The notes under the pieces were generated by a model. It worked only from the letters and a program-made list of their open reading frames with translations. It was not told the origin of the DNA and searched no databases. 64,000 nt of DNA from Candidatus Woesearchaeota archaeon (GTDB lineage Archaea > Nanobdellota > Nanobdellia > Woesearchaeales > BS150m-G63). The number at the start of each line of letters is the position of its first letter. Positions within the stretch are counted from its first letter, which is position 1. The DNA lies in NCBI GenBank assembly GCA_016784165.1, contig JADHVD010000001.1:25061-89060 (forward strand), given 5' to 3'. This document shows positions 28,487-38,117 of this stretch, piece by piece. The position numbers were made by a program, and so were the translations under genes.

Positions 28487-30457
28487 ATGATAAAAAAAAG
28501 AATTATTGAATCAGTTTCTAAAAAATCTAAAAGATTTTCTCCAAGTAAAATTTTTAGAGAAAATGCACACATAAAAAGTTTTGAAGAATATTTAAAATTA
28601 TATCAAGAATCTATAGAAAATCCAGATTTATTTTGGGCTAAACAAGCAGAAGAGTTGGATTGGTTTAAAAAATGGGATAAAGTATCTTCTTGGAAAAAAA
28701 CTAAATTAGAATGTAAATGGTTTGAGGGTGGGAAGATAAATATCTCTTATAATTGTTTAGATAGGCATTTAGATAGTAGAGGGAATAAAACTGCTTTGAT
28801 TTGGGAACCAGAAGTCGGTAAAGCTAAAAAATATACTTATAAAGAATTACATAAAGTGGTGTGTAGGTTTTCTAATGTTTTAAAAAAATATGGAGTCAAA
28901 AAAGGGGATAGAGTTTGTTTTTATATGCCCATGATTCCTGAATTGACTATAGGTATGCTTGCGTGTGTTAGGTTGGGCGCAATACATAGTGTTGTTTTTG
29001 GCGGATTTAGTATAGAATCTTTAAAGGATAGGATTATAGATTCTAAAGCCAAAATTTTAATTACGAGTAATGCTAGTTTGAGAAAAGGAAAATCAATACC
29101 TATGAAAAATAATGTAGATGCTATTTTAGGGGATTGTAAATCTTTAAAGAAAGTTGTTGTTGTTAAACGAGCAGATGATATTGATACTTTTATGAAAAAA
29201 GGTAGAGATGTATGGTGGCATAAAGAAGTTGATTCCAATAATATTGACGATTTTTGTAAGGCAAAAGAAATTGATTCTGAACATCCTGCGTTTATTCTTT
29301 ATACGAGTGGTACAACTGGAAAACCAAAAGGGGTTGTACACTCAACAGCTGGTTATTTAATGTATACTTATTTGACTTTTAAGTATGTTTTTGATTATAA
29401 AGAAGAAGACATTTTTTGGTGTACTGCAGATATTGGATGGATAACCGGACATAGTTATATTGTTTATGGCCCATTGGCTAATGGCGCAACAACAATTATG
29501 TTTGAAGGAGTACCAACATACCCTAATCCAGATAGGTATTGGGAAATTGTTGATAAATATAAAGTAAGTGTATTTTATACTGCCCCAACAGTTGTTAGGG
29601 CATTAGAAAGATTTGGTAAGAAGTGGGTTGAAAAACATGATTTGAGTAGTTTGAGATTACTTGGAAGTGTTGGTGAGCCAATTAATCCCGATGCGTGGAT
29701 GTGGTATCATCAAGTTATAGGGAAAGGAAAATGTCCTATTGTTGATACTTGGTGGCAAACAGAAACAGGGGGGATATTGATAACTCCTTTGCCTGGAGCT
29801 GTTGATTTGAAACCTGGGTCTGCTTGTTTTCCTTTTTTTGGGGTGAAAGCAAGTGTATTAACAGAGGAAGGGCAAAAAGCGAAAAAAGGCGAAGGTGGAT
29901 ATTTAGTAATAGAAAAACCTTGGCCAAGTATGTTAAGAACTGTTTATAAAAATCCAAAAAGATTCAAAGATACATATTTTAATAAATTTCCTGGGATGTA
30001 TTTTACTAATGATGGGGTTAAATGTGATGAAGATGGTTATTTTTGGATTATGGGTAGAATGGATGATGTCGTTAATGTTTCTGGACATAGATTAAGTACT
30101 GCAGAAGTCGAAGGGGCACTTGTAAGTCATGGTTCTGTTACAGAAGCTGCAGTGGTTCCAATGCCTCATAAAATCAAAGGATCTGCATTATACGCTTTTG
30201 TAACATTAAAAAAAGGATTAAGTGGTGGAATTGATTTAATTTCTGAATTGAGAAACCATGTTGGTTTTGAAATAGGACCTATTGCTAAACCAGACAGAAT
30301 TCAATTTACAAATGAATTGCCTAAAACAAGAAGTGGTAAAATAATGAGAAGAATTTTAAAAGCAATCGCAGCCGGAAAAGAAGATGTAGGAAATACGATG
30401 ACTTTAGCAAATCCAGAAGTTGTTAAAAAATTAAAAAAAGAAAGATTACCACTTTAA
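28487..30457 (+). CDS. acs: AMP-forming acetyl-CoA synthetase
   Basis: YTSGTTGKPKG, TADIGWITGHSY, DTWWQTETG, PKTRSGKIMRR. Confidence 0.96.
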   Translation: MIKKRIIESVSKKSKRFSPSKIFRENAHIKSFEEYLKLYQESIENPDLFWAKQAEELDWFKKWDKVSSWKKTKLECKWFEGGKINISYNCLDRHLDSRGNKTALIWEPEVGKAKKYTYKELHKVVCRFSNVLKKYGVKKGDRVCFYMPMIPELTIGMLACVRLGAIHSVVFGGFSIESLKDRIIDSKAKILITSNASLRKGKSIPMKNNVDAILGDCKSLKKVVVVKRADDIDTFMKKGRDVWWHKEVDSNNIDDFCKAKEIDSEHPAFILYTSGTTGKPKGVVHSTAGYLMYTYLTFKYVFDYKEEDIFWCTADIGWITGHSYIVYGPLANGATTIMFEGVPTYPNPDRYWEIVDKYKVSVFYTAPTVVRALERFGKKWVEKHDLSSLRLLGSVGEPINPDAWMWYHQVIGKGKCPIVDTWWQTETGGILITPLPGAVDLKPGSACFPFFGVKASVLTEEGQKAKKGEGGYLVIEKPWPSMLRTVYKNPKRFKDTYFNKFPGMYFTNDGVKCDEDGYFWIMGRMDDVVNVSGHRLSTAEVEGALVSHGSVTEAAVVPMPHKIKGSALYAFVTLKKGLSGGIDLISELRNHVGFEIGPIAKPDRIQFTNELPKTRSGKIMRRILKAIAAGKEDVGNTMTLANPEVVKKLKKERLPL

Positions 30458-30501
30458 TTATTTATTATTTAATTGGGGTTGATTAATCAATCAATTATTA
30501 A

Positions 30502-31512
30502 CTATTTGTTTAATTTTATATGTTTTTTATGAAATGCTTTTTGTGCTTGGACAGCAGTTATTGCAGTTATGTTTACAATGTCTTCTACACTACAACCTCT
30601 ACTTAAATCATTAATTGGTTTATTGATTCCTTGAAGTACTGGACCAACTGCTTTTGCATGACCAAGACGCTCAACTAATTTGTAACTTATGTTCCCGCTT
30701 TGGATATCTGGAAAAATTAGAATATTGGCATTTCCTTTTAAGATTGATGTCGGAGCTTTTAGTTTTGCAACTTCAGGACAGATTGCAGCATCTACTTGAA
30801 GTTCTCCATCAATGGTTAAATTTTTTCTTTTATATCTGACTATTTCAACGGCTTCTTTTACTTTACTTGCTAAAGGGTGTTTAGCAGAACCATGGGTTGA
30901 AAAAGAAAGCATAGCTATTTTTGGAGATATTCCAAATGTTTTTGCTGTTTCCGCAGTATCTATTGCAATTTCTGCTAAGTCTTTTGCATCAGGCTCAATC
31001 TCTACAGCAGAATCTGCAAAGAAAAGAACTTTGTTTTTTAAGAACATTAAGAAAACTCCTGAGACTCTATGGAATTTTCCTTTAGTATTTATTATTTGGA
31101 GTGCAGGTCTTAAAGTATGGGCAGTTGGATGAATTGCTCCAGAAACCAATCCATCTGCTTGATTGAGTTTTACCATCATGGTACCAAAATAAGCACAATC
31201 TTTTATTTTCTCTTTTGCTTCTTCCTCACTCATCCCTTTAGTTTTTCTTAATTCGAATAATTTTTTAGCATACTTGTTTAATTGTTCTGATTTTTGGTTG
31301 TCAATTATTTGAACATTTTTGATATTTAATTTTAATTTATTTGCTTTTGATAGAATTTCTTGTGGATTTCCTAATAGGATAATTTTTGCTAACTTTTCTT
31401 TTAAAATTATTTCTGTTGCCCTAAGAGTTCTTTCTTCATTTCCTTCAGGAAATACAATAATTTTTATTTCTTTTTTTGCTTTAATTTTGATTTGTCTTAA
31501 AAGTTTTTCCAT
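30502..31512 (-). CDS. pta: Phosphate acetyltransferase
   Basis: IVFPEG, AMLSFST.GS, DGELQ.DAA, GNI.YK, DLSRG. Confidence 0.95.
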   Translation of the reverse strand: MEKLLRQIKIKAKKEIKIIVFPEGNEERTLRATEIILKEKLAKIILLGNPQEILSKANKLKLNIKNVQIIDNQKSEQLNKYAKKLFELRKTKGMSEEEAKEKIKDCAYFGTMMVKLNQADGLVSGAIHPTAHTLRPALQIINTKGKFHRVSGVFLMFLKNKVLFFADSAVEIEPDAKDLAEIAIDTAETAKTFGISPKIAMLSFSTHGSAKHPLASKVKEAVEIVRYKRKNLTIDGELQVDAAICPEVAKLKAPTSILKGNANILIFPDIQSGNISYKLVERLGHAKAVGPVLQGINKPINDLSRGCSVEDIVNITAITAVQAQKAFHKKHIKLNK

Positions 31513-31602
31513 CTTTTTATTTGGTATGTTGTTTGAGTTTTTAAAAATTTTCTTTTTTTATGTGAATGTTTCAAAAAAGTTTTAGAATAAAAATAGTAAA
31601 GC

Positions 31603-31659
31603 TCTTTAAGCTTAAAGATTATTGCAAGGGTAATCTTTAACAAAAAGACTATAGTCTTT
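31603..31659. promoter_or_regulatory. Two perfect 16-bp palindromes (candidate operators) in the pta/trmB divergent region
   Basis: TCTTTAAGCTTAAAGA (31603-31618) and AAAGACTATAGTCTTT (31644-31659). Confidence 0.5.
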
Positions 31660-31802
31660 AATCCAAAGGCTTCAAAGAAACCTTTAAATATTAGTTGTGT
31701 TTATTAAATTATAACTTATTAAGAGTAGTATCACACTTTAATTTTTTATTTAAGTGAAAATCATGATTAAATAGTAAAAAAGAAAGAGAGGTAAAAATTA
31801 AA

Positions 31803-32621
31803 ATGATAGTCAAAGAAGAATTTTTAAGTAGGTTGAGGAGATATTTTTCATTAAACCTTTATGAAGTAAAGATTTGGACTGCTTTGTTGTCTAGGGGAGT
31901 TTCTACAGCGGGAGAGTTATCTGATATAGCCAATGTACCTCGAAGTAGAAGTTATGATATTCTTGAAAGCTTAGAAAAAAAAGGATTTGTTGTATTGAAA
32001 TTAGGTAAACCAATAAAATATATGGCAGTTCCACCTACAGAAGTAGTTGTAAGAGTAAAGAAAAATATGCACGAGGAAATGAAAACTAAAGTTGATAGGT
32101 TAGAGAATTTAAAGGATACTGACGTATTAAATGAATTAAATACTTTACATACCCAAGGTATAGAATTAGTTGCGCCTGCTGATTTAAGTGGTTCTTTGAA
32201 AGGAAGACATAATTTATACAACCATCTTGAAATGACTATCAGAAATGCTGAAAAATCAGTTGCTATTCTGACTACACCTCAAGGATTGATGAGAAAAGTA
32301 GAAGGACTTAAACCCATTCTTGAAAAAGTAAAAAAGAGGGGAGTGGATATTAAAATTGCCGCTCCTTTGGAAAAAGAATGTTGGGGGGCTGTTAAAGATA
32401 TCTCAAGTGTTGCAGAAGTTAAACACACAGACCATAAAGGGAGATTTGCAATAGTGGATGGTAAAGAATTAATTTTCATGGTTTTAGATGATACTGAAGT
32501 TCATCCAACTTATGATGTAGGTATTTGGGTAAACACGCCATTTTTTGCAACAGCATTAAATGATCTTTTTGAAGTTGCATGGAAAGGGATGACTCCATCC
32601 GATCAGATTCTTAAAAAATAA
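31803..32621 (+). CDS. TrmB-family regulator / TrmBL2-like chromatin protein
   Basis: LNLYE.K.W.ALL, ELSD.ANVPRSRSYD.LESLEKKGF HTH, C-terminal PLD-like domain. Confidence 0.9.
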   Translation: MIVKEEFLSRLRRYFSLNLYEVKIWTALLSRGVSTAGELSDIANVPRSRSYDILESLEKKGFVVLKLGKPIKYMAVPPTEVVVRVKKNMHEEMKTKVDRLENLKDTDVLNELNTLHTQGIELVAPADLSGSLKGRHNLYNHLEMTIRNAEKSVAILTTPQGLMRKVEGLKPILEKVKKRGVDIKIAAPLEKECWGAVKDISSVAEVKHTDHKGRFAIVDGKELIFMVLDDTEVHPTYDVGIWVNTPFFATALNDLFEVAWKGMTPSDQILKK

Positions 32622-32768
32622 TTTTCTTTTTTATTTCTTTTATTTCTTCTATTTCTTTTATTTCTTCCACATAATTTTTTATTTTTTAAAATTATTTTTT
32701 AAAATATATTATTTTTATAACTTTATCATAAGAAAGATTTTTAAAGAAGTTAGTGTTTATATTTGTGT

Positions 32769-34304
32769 ATGGACATCAAATCGTTAGTAGCTAAGTTAAG
32801 CCCTTTGGAAAGAAAAGTTCTACCTTTATTATCCAAATTTAACTCTTTTGATGATTTAGTCGATAATTCAGGGTTAAAGGAAATTGAAGTTATGAGGGCT
32901 TTGCAGTGGTTAGAAAATAAAAAAATTTTGGTGTTGAAAGAAGAATTAGAAGAAGTGGTGTTATTAGGTAAAAATGGGAAAGATTACGTTAAGAAAGGTT
33001 TACCTGAAAAAAGATTTTTATGTGCGATAAAAGGAGATAAATTAAATTTAGGGGAGATAGGGGCGAAAGAAGAGTTGAGTAAAGAAGAGTTGAATATTTG
33101 TATAGGTGTTTTGAAGGGAAAGGCAGCAATAAACTTAAGTAAGGATAATGGATTAATAGTATCCATAACAGATAATGGTAAAAAATTATTAGAAAAAGAA
33201 AGTTTAGAAGAATTATTTTTGAAAAAGAGTTTCCCTATAGTGCTGAAAGAATTAAAAGATGAAGAAAAATTTGCTTTTGATAATTTATCTAAAAGAAAAG
33301 ATATAGTAATTTCTGATGTGGTTAAAACTCGTTCTGTTGAAGTTACTAAATTAGGTAAAGAAGCACTCAAAAAGAAAATTTCTGTTGGGGATGTTTTGGA
33401 TAAATTAACTCCCTCTATGTTAAAAACAGGAAAATGGAAAGGTAAAAAGTTTAGGGCATATGATGTAGAGATTAATGTTCCTAAAATAAATAGGGGTAAA
33501 AGACATTTTGTAAATCAAGCTGTTAAGTCTGCTAGAAAAATATGGATGGATATGGGTTTCCAGGAAATGACTGGAGATATGGTTCAAAGTTCTTTTTGGA
33601 ATTTTGATGCTTTATTTACTGCACAAGACCACCCTGTTAGGGATTTACATGATACTTTTTTTATTGGAAATCCAGCGAATGCTAAATTGCCTGATTTGGG
33701 GCTTGTTGAAAAAATAAAGAAAACACATGAAACTGGATGGACCACTGGAAGTGATGGCTGGGGTTATAAGTGGGTAGAAGAAGATTCAAAGAAAAATGTG
33801 CTGAGAACACATACAACTTGTTTATCTGCTCAAACTATTGCTAAACTTAAAAAAGAAGATATGCCTGCCAAGTTTTTCGCACTTGGAAAGTGTTTTAGAA
33901 ACGAAACATTAGATTGGAGCCATTTGTTCGAATTTAATCAAACAGAAGGGATTGTAATAGATCCCAATGCTAATTTTAGTCATCTAATTGGTTATTTGAA
34001 AGAATTTTTTAAGAAAATGGGATATGAAAAAGCAAGATTTAGGCCAGCATATTTTCCTTATACAGAACCTAGTTTAGAGATAGACGTATTTCATCCAGTG
34101 CGTAAAGAATGGGTTGAATTAGGCGGGGCTGGAATTTTTAGGCCTGAAGTAGTTAAACCTTTATTGGGAATAGATGTTCCTGTTTTGGCTTGGGGTCCTG
34201 GATTTGATAGAATAATTTTAGAATTTTTTAAGATAAATGATATTCGTGAATTATATAAAAATGATCTTAAACAATTAAGGGGAATGAAGGAGTGGATGAA
34301 ATAA
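32769..34304 (+). CDS. pheS: Phenylalanyl-tRNA synthetase alpha subunit
   Basis: FWNFDALF, LRTHTT, FRNE, YFPYTEPS, GAGIFRPEV. Confidence 0.96.
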   Translation: MDIKSLVAKLSPLERKVLPLLSKFNSFDDLVDNSGLKEIEVMRALQWLENKKILVLKEELEEVVLLGKNGKDYVKKGLPEKRFLCAIKGDKLNLGEIGAKEELSKEELNICIGVLKGKAAINLSKDNGLIVSITDNGKKLLEKESLEELFLKKSFPIVLKELKDEEKFAFDNLSKRKDIVISDVVKTRSVEVTKLGKEALKKKISVGDVLDKLTPSMLKTGKWKGKKFRAYDVEINVPKINRGKRHFVNQAVKSARKIWMDMGFQEMTGDMVQSSFWNFDALFTAQDHPVRDLHDTFFIGNPANAKLPDLGLVEKIKKTHETGWTTGSDGWGYKWVEEDSKKNVLRTHTTCLSAQTIAKLKKEDMPAKFFALGKCFRNETLDWSHLFEFNQTEGIVIDPNANFSHLIGYLKEFFKKMGYEKARFRPAYFPYTEPSLEIDVFHPVRKEWVELGGAGIFRPEVVKPLLGIDVPVLAWGPGFDRIILEFFKINDIRELYKNDLKQLRGMKEWMK

Positions 34305-35953
34305 TGCCTACAATAAATTTGAATAAAAATGTATTTGAAAAGCTTGTTGGAAAAAAGCTAACCTTGGATAAATTGAAAGATAGAATTAGTATGTTAGGTA
34401 CTGATTTAGAAAGCATAGAAGGTAATGAGATTATTGTTGAAGTATTCCCTAATAGGCCCGATATGTTGAGTGAACAAGGATTTGCCAGGGCTTTTTCTAG
34501 TTTTATTGGTGTTGAGAAAGGATTGAGAAATTATACTGTTAAAAAAAACAACAAGTATGTTGTTAAGATTGAAGATGCTGTTAAAAAAGTAAGACCTTAT
34601 ACTGCATGTGCAATAGTAAAGGGATTAAAGTTAGATGATGAAAAAATAAATGGGATAATCCAGATACAGGAAAAATTACATGTTAGTTTTGGTAGAAACA
34701 GAAAAAAATTAGCTATAGGGATATATCCCCTTGAAGAAATTAAATTACCAATAACTTATACTGCTAAAAAACCTAAATCATTTAAATTTTTGCCTTTAGA
34801 AGGGAAAAAAGAAATGGATGGGTTACAAATATTAAGTCAACACCCAACTGGAAGGGAATATGGACATCTTCTTGAAAATAGTTCTATGTTTCCATTGTTT
34901 ATTGATTCTGATGGGGCAATATTATCTATGCCACCAATTATTAATTCTGAGAAAACAGGAAAAATATCTGGGAAAACTAAAGATGTATTTATTGAATGTA
35001 GTGGATTTGAATTGAAAGAATTAAATCAGTGTCTGAATATTATTGTAACAGCTTTAGCTGATATGGGTGGAGACATTCATGAAATGGAATTACAATACGG
35101 AAAGAAAAAGATTATTACTCCTGATTTAAGTGTTGTTGAAAAAGAATTAGATGTTGATTATATTAATAAAATTCTTGGTTTAAATTTGAAAGAGAAAAAA
35201 ATGGGCGAATTGTTAGAAAAGATGGGATATGGAATTAAGGCAAAAAAAGTTTTGATTCCTGCTTATAGAACTGATATATTACATCAAATAGATTTAGCAG
35301 AAGATGTTGCGATTGCTTATGGTTATGAGAATTTTAAGGCAGAGATACCTAATGTTGCTACGATTGGTGGAGAAGATAATTTTGAAGTGTTTAAATCAAG
35401 GGTGGCAGATATACTTGTTGGTTTGGGATTAATTGAAACAATGTCCTATCACCTTATTAATGAAGATGTCCATAATAAAAAGATGTGTTGTGATATGGAT
35501 TTAGTTAAATTGGAAAATCCATTAACTAATGATTATTCTGTTTTACGTGCTTGGATAGTTCCAAGTTTAATGCAAGTGTTATCTGAGAACACTAATAGGG
35601 AATATCCTCAAAACATATTTGAAATTGGAAGTGTGTTTAAACTTGATGGAAAAAAAGAGACTGGAGTAAGAGAATCAATTAGAGTAGGGGTTGTGTTGTG
35701 TGGTTCTAATGTCGATTTTACAAGTACTAAACAAGTGTTTGATGCTTTGATGAGGGCATTGAATGTTGAATATAACATGAGGGAGACAAAACACGATAGT
35801 TTTATTGCTGGAAGGGTTGCTAGAGTAGGCGTTGATGGAAAAAATATAGCTTATGTTGGGGAGATTAAGCCAGAAGTGTTAGGAGAATTTGAAGTGAATG
35901 TGCCTGTTGTTGGTTTTGAGATTAATTTAAGTGAATTATTTAAATTGATTTAA
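34304..35953 (+). CDS. pheT: Phenylalanyl-tRNA synthetase beta subunit
   Basis: MPTI start overlapping the pheS stop (TAATG); NRPD, QEKLH, PPIINS, YRTDILH..D..EDVAIAYGY. Confidence 0.96.
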   Translation: MPTINLNKNVFEKLVGKKLTLDKLKDRISMLGTDLESIEGNEIIVEVFPNRPDMLSEQGFARAFSSFIGVEKGLRNYTVKKNNKYVVKIEDAVKKVRPYTACAIVKGLKLDDEKINGIIQIQEKLHVSFGRNRKKLAIGIYPLEEIKLPITYTAKKPKSFKFLPLEGKKEMDGLQILSQHPTGREYGHLLENSSMFPLFIDSDGAILSMPPIINSEKTGKISGKTKDVFIECSGFELKELNQCLNIIVTALADMGGDIHEMELQYGKKKIITPDLSVVEKELDVDYINKILGLNLKEKKMGELLEKMGYGIKAKKVLIPAYRTDILHQIDLAEDVAIAYGYENFKAEIPNVATIGGEDNFEVFKSRVADILVGLGLIETMSYHLINEDVHNKKMCCDMDLVKLENPLTNDYSVLRAWIVPSLMQVLSENTNREYPQNIFEIGSVFKLDGKKETGVRESIRVGVVLCGSNVDFTSTKQVFDALMRALNVEYNMRETKHDSFIAGRVARVGVDGKNIAYVGEIKPEVLGEFEVNVPVVGFEINLSELFKLI

Positions 35954-35973
35954 ATATCTAGTGAGGTGATTTT

Positions 35974-36492
35974 ATTTCCAAAAAGAAACATTATTTAGGA
36001 ATAGATGAATCTAATCATGGAAGATTCCCAGAGATCTTTGTGGGTGTTTATTCAAATGTTAAAACAGATATCAAAAAACAAGAATTGATAGGGAAAAAAA
36101 GAAAAAGTGAGCCTGTTTCTTTAATTATTGATAAGAAATATAATGATTTTCATTATTTAGTTATAACAGAAGAATATGGTAAATTGTTTAAACAAAAAGC
36201 ATGTTTAATTGCTTATGCAGAACTTATAAAATCTTTTTCTGATTTGGAGAAAATAATTATTGATGGAGATTTAAGAGAACCACTTCAAGAAGAATTAAAA
36301 CAAATTTTGTATCCTAATAAATACGGTATTCTGGCAGTTGCAAAAGCAGATATGAATTATAAAGTGGTTAATATGGCAGATCAGATAGCTAATTTAATCC
36401 ATAGAGATTATAAACGCCCTACGAGATTAAAGAAATATTTACCTCATTTAATCACCCCTAAAATTGAAGATTATCTTAGTTTACTGGAATAA
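35974..36492 (+). CDS. RNase HII-like protein lacking the C-terminal domain; probable ATT start
   Basis: In-frame LGIDESNHGR upstream of the listed GTG, then IIIDG and KAD..Y.VV; SD GAGGTGA just before ATT. Confidence 0.6.
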   Translation: MSKKKHYLGIDESNHGRFPEIFVGVYSNVKTDIKKQELIGKKRKSEPVSLIIDKKYNDFHYLVITEEYGKLFKQKACLIAYAELIKSFSDLEKIIIDGDLREPLQEELKQILYPNKYGILAVAKADMNYKVVNMADQIANLIHRDYKRPTRLKKYLPHLITPKIEDYLSLLE

Positions 36493-36522
36493 TTATTTTT
36501 ATTAGAGGTTATTGTTGGGAAT

Positions 36523-36930
36523 TTATTTTACTTTTTTAGTAGTTACTGTTTTCTTTTTTGGTGTTGCCTTTTTTTCTTTCGTAGATGAAGTCTTTGAAGT
36601 TTTTGTTTGTTTTACTGTTTTAATTGCTGTTTTTTCTTCATTATTTTTTATTTTCTTTGTTTTTTTAGGTCTTTTTTCAGCTTTTTTAGGTTTTGTTGTT
36701 TTAATTTCTATTTTTAATTTTTTGAATTCTTTAATTATATCTACATTTGATGCTTTTTTCTTAATTTTAATTATTTGATTTAATGGTTCAAGATGTGTTA
36801 GGTTACATTTTCTACGTCTTGTTTCGCCATCTATTAACACATAATTAGAGTCTAGAATATCCACAATAACACATTTTTTGCCAGCATCTCTACCTGCAAT
36901 TTTTACACATAATCTTCCAATTTCGTACAT
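36523..36930 (-). CDS. rpl14e: 50S ribosomal protein L14e
   Basis: EIGRLCVKIAGRDAG..CVIVD; Lys-rich tail. Confidence 0.95.
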   Translation of the reverse strand: MYEIGRLCVKIAGRDAGKKCVIVDILDSNYVLIDGETRRRKCNLTHLEPLNQIIKIKKKASNVDIIKEFKKLKIEIKTTKPKKAEKRPKKTKKIKNNEEKTAIKTVKQTKTSKTSSTKEKKATPKKKTVTTKKVK

Positions 36931-37037
36931 CTTATTTCCTCCGGTTTCCTTGTTTTGTTGGGTTTGTTACCAGATTTTCCCAGGAAACTATATTTATTTT
37001 ATTGTTTAGTAATTTTTTATTTTGATTGTTATTTTAT

Positions 37038-37064
37038 ATTATTATTATTATTATTATTATTATT
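37038..37064. repeat. (ATT)9 microsatellite
   Basis: Perfect run just downstream of the rpl34e stop. Confidence 0.9.
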
Positions 37065-37070
37065 AGGTAA

Positions 37071-37334
37071 TTATTCTTGTATTGAGCTCTTTATTTTTGC
37101 TCTAGTACATTTAGAACAAAGTTTGCCACCAAAGGGTCTTTGAGGTCTTTTTTGTGTTTTTGGTGTGTTTTGTGCTTGATGAGGTCTAAGTCTTGGTACT
37201 CCCTTTAAAGGGGTTTTACAATTAGCACAATGGGCTATTTTAGGCTTTCTTTTCTTGTAGGTTAATTTAGTTTTACTGATAACTTTAGTAAAAACACGTC
37301 TTAACGACCTTGATTTATATCTTCCTGCTGGCAT
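37071..37334 (-). CDS. rpl34e: 50S ribosomal protein L34e
   Basis: CANC..PL.GV and RP.RPFGG.LCSKC. Confidence 0.95.
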   Translation of the reverse strand: MPAGRYKSRSLRRVFTKVISKTKLTYKKRKPKIAHCANCKTPLKGVPRLRPHQAQNTPKTQKRPQRPFGGKLCSKCTRAKIKSSIQE

Positions 37335-37366
37335 TTTTATAGTTTAATTATGTTCATTTAAAAGCT

Positions 37367-38110
37367 TTACGCTAATTTCATCCATTTTCTAAGGAGCATA
37401 CTGAAAATTAATGAAAAAATTATATAAGTGCCTAACCACCCGAGTTTCCACCCAAATAAATTTAACACTTTTAATTTTTCATTATTGATATTTAATGATT
37501 TTAATTTTGAATTTTTTATTGGTTTTATTGGTTGTTTGTATGCTAATTCATCGGTTATTAGTAATTCCTGGGTGTGTTTATTTCCTTCGAATTCATATTC
37601 TAAGAGGTATTCCCCTGGAGGTCCTTTTAATACCCATTTTGCTTGATTATTAGTAATCGTTTGTGCGTTATTACTAATGATATTTAATCCATCTGGTACT
37701 TCAATTGTTATGATTCCTGAAGCATCTTTGAATGTTGCAGTTGTCATAAATTCTTGATCAGGCATTATTGGGTAATAGGCTAAATGAGATGTTAACCATC
37801 CAAATATGATGATTATAGGGATAAATGTAACTAGTGTTGGTTTCATACTCAAACCCATGTATTTCATGTTTGTTTTCATGGCTTTTTGTTGTACGTCCAT
37901 TGCTTTTTCAGGATGATCTTTGAGTTCTTTTGTTTCTTTTTGAAACTCCTTCATTTCTGCCTTTAATGTTTTCATCAAATCCTGATCAGTCATTAATTTA
38001 TATATTACTGTAATTATAACGGATACTATCAATGCAATTATTAGTACTATCCAAAAAGGATGTAAGATTAGTAAGGGGTTTAATATTGGTTCAACTAATT
38101 TTTCAAACAT
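37367..38110 (-). CDS. DUF106 / EMC3-TMCO1 (Oxa1 superfamily) membrane protein
   Basis: TM, coiled coil, MKPTLVTFIPII, GWLG.YI; conserved position downstream of secY. Confidence 0.85.
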   Translation of the reverse strand: MFEKLVEPILNPLLILHPFWIVLIIALIVSVIITVIYKLMTDQDLMKTLKAEMKEFQKETKELKDHPEKAMDVQQKAMKTNMKYMGLSMKPTLVTFIPIIIIFGWLTSHLAYYPIMPDQEFMTTATFKDASGIITIEVPDGLNIISNNAQTITNNQAKWVLKGPPGEYLLEYEFEGNKHTQELLITDELAYKQPIKPIKNSKLKSLNINNEKLKVLNLFGWKLGWLGTYIIFSLIFSMLLRKWMKLA

Positions 38111-38117
38111 TTTAATT

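Noticed and set aside
32620-32670. Imperfect TATTTCTT tandem after trmB
   Set aside because: T-rich low-complexity sequence consistent with an ordinary archaeal terminator region.
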